A stretch of DNA of 64,000 nucleotides from Escherichia coli (lineage in GTDB: Bacteria; Pseudomonadota; Gammaproteobacteria; Enterobacterales; Enterobacteriaceae): the NCBI RefSeq assembly GCF_003019035.1, contig NZ_CP027447.1, one strand, 5' to 3'. Below the pieces are notes generated by a model. It did not search any database. It was not told the origin of the DNA and saw only the letters and a program-made list of their open reading frames with translations. Shown in pieces: positions 63,854 through 64,000 of this stretch (position 1 is the stretch's first letter; every line of letters starts with the position of its first letter). Both the position numbers and the translations under genes were made by a program.

Positions 63854-64000
63854 ATGATTACAGTAATCGCAGAAATCCGTACTCGTCCTGGTCAACATCA
63901 CCGTCAGGCAGTGTTGGATCAGTTTGCTAAAATCGTTCCAACCGTACTGAAAGAAGAAGGTTGCCACGGCTATGCGCCAATGGTGGATTGCGCTGCTGGC
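63854..64000 (+). CDS. ygiN: quinol monooxygenase, 5' portion (gene continues past window end)
   Basis: ATG at 63854 preceded by ggagtt RBS; translation MITVIAEIRTRPGQHHRQAVLDQF. Confidence 0.85.
   Translation, partial: MITVIAEIRTRPGQHHRQAVLDQFAKIVPTVLKEEGCHGYAPMVDCAAG

Overview
The window reads as an Escherichia coli-type chromosomal segment, recognised from the translated ORFs and gene order: glcB(5' part)-glcG-glcF-glcE-glcD / glcC, yghO, an 11-gene block ending at yghQ-yghR-yghS / yghT, then pitB, gss, yghU, the hydrogenase-2 operon hybOABCDEFG, yghW, yghX, yghZ, yqhA, yghA, exbBD, metC, yghB, yqhC/yqhD-dkgA, yqhG, yqhH, ygiQ, a 7-gene TRAP-transporter island, ftsP, plsC, parC, ygiS, ygiV, ygiW, qseBC, ygiZ, mdaB and the start of ygiN. 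No rRNA, tRNA, CRISPR array, IS element or prophage gene was recognised. The most interesting region is 6045-19017: an intact, uncharacterised lipid-type locus. It encodes a GNAT-like N-acyltransferase (yghO), a fatty acyl-AMP/ACP ligase, an NAD(P) epimerase/reductase-fold enzyme, a dedicated acyl carrier protein and a PLP-dependent alpha-oxoamine synthase of the serine-palmitoyltransferase/KBL/BioF family. This is the same enzyme set that, as I recall, builds ceramide in Caulobacter. It is followed by an LptG/LptF-like permease pair, a secreted protein, an unknown protein, a MOP-family flippase (yghQ) and three paralogous P-loop proteins (yghR, yghS, yghT). I interpret it as a candidate sphingolipid-like lipid synthesis, modification and export system; this is inference from domain content, not a demonstrated function. 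From memory, the K-12 laboratory strain carries only an IS5-disrupted remnant of this locus. The second accessory region (45308-52781) is a GntR-regulated sugar-acid dehydrogenase/TRAP-transporter island lying between ygiQ and ftsP. Other differences from the K-12 arrangement as I remember it: an in-frame TAG inside yghT, an apparently intact yghX, and no mqsRA pair between ygiS and ygiV. All coordinates include the stop codon; several starts were moved downstream of the six-frame ORF start to match known protein lengths.
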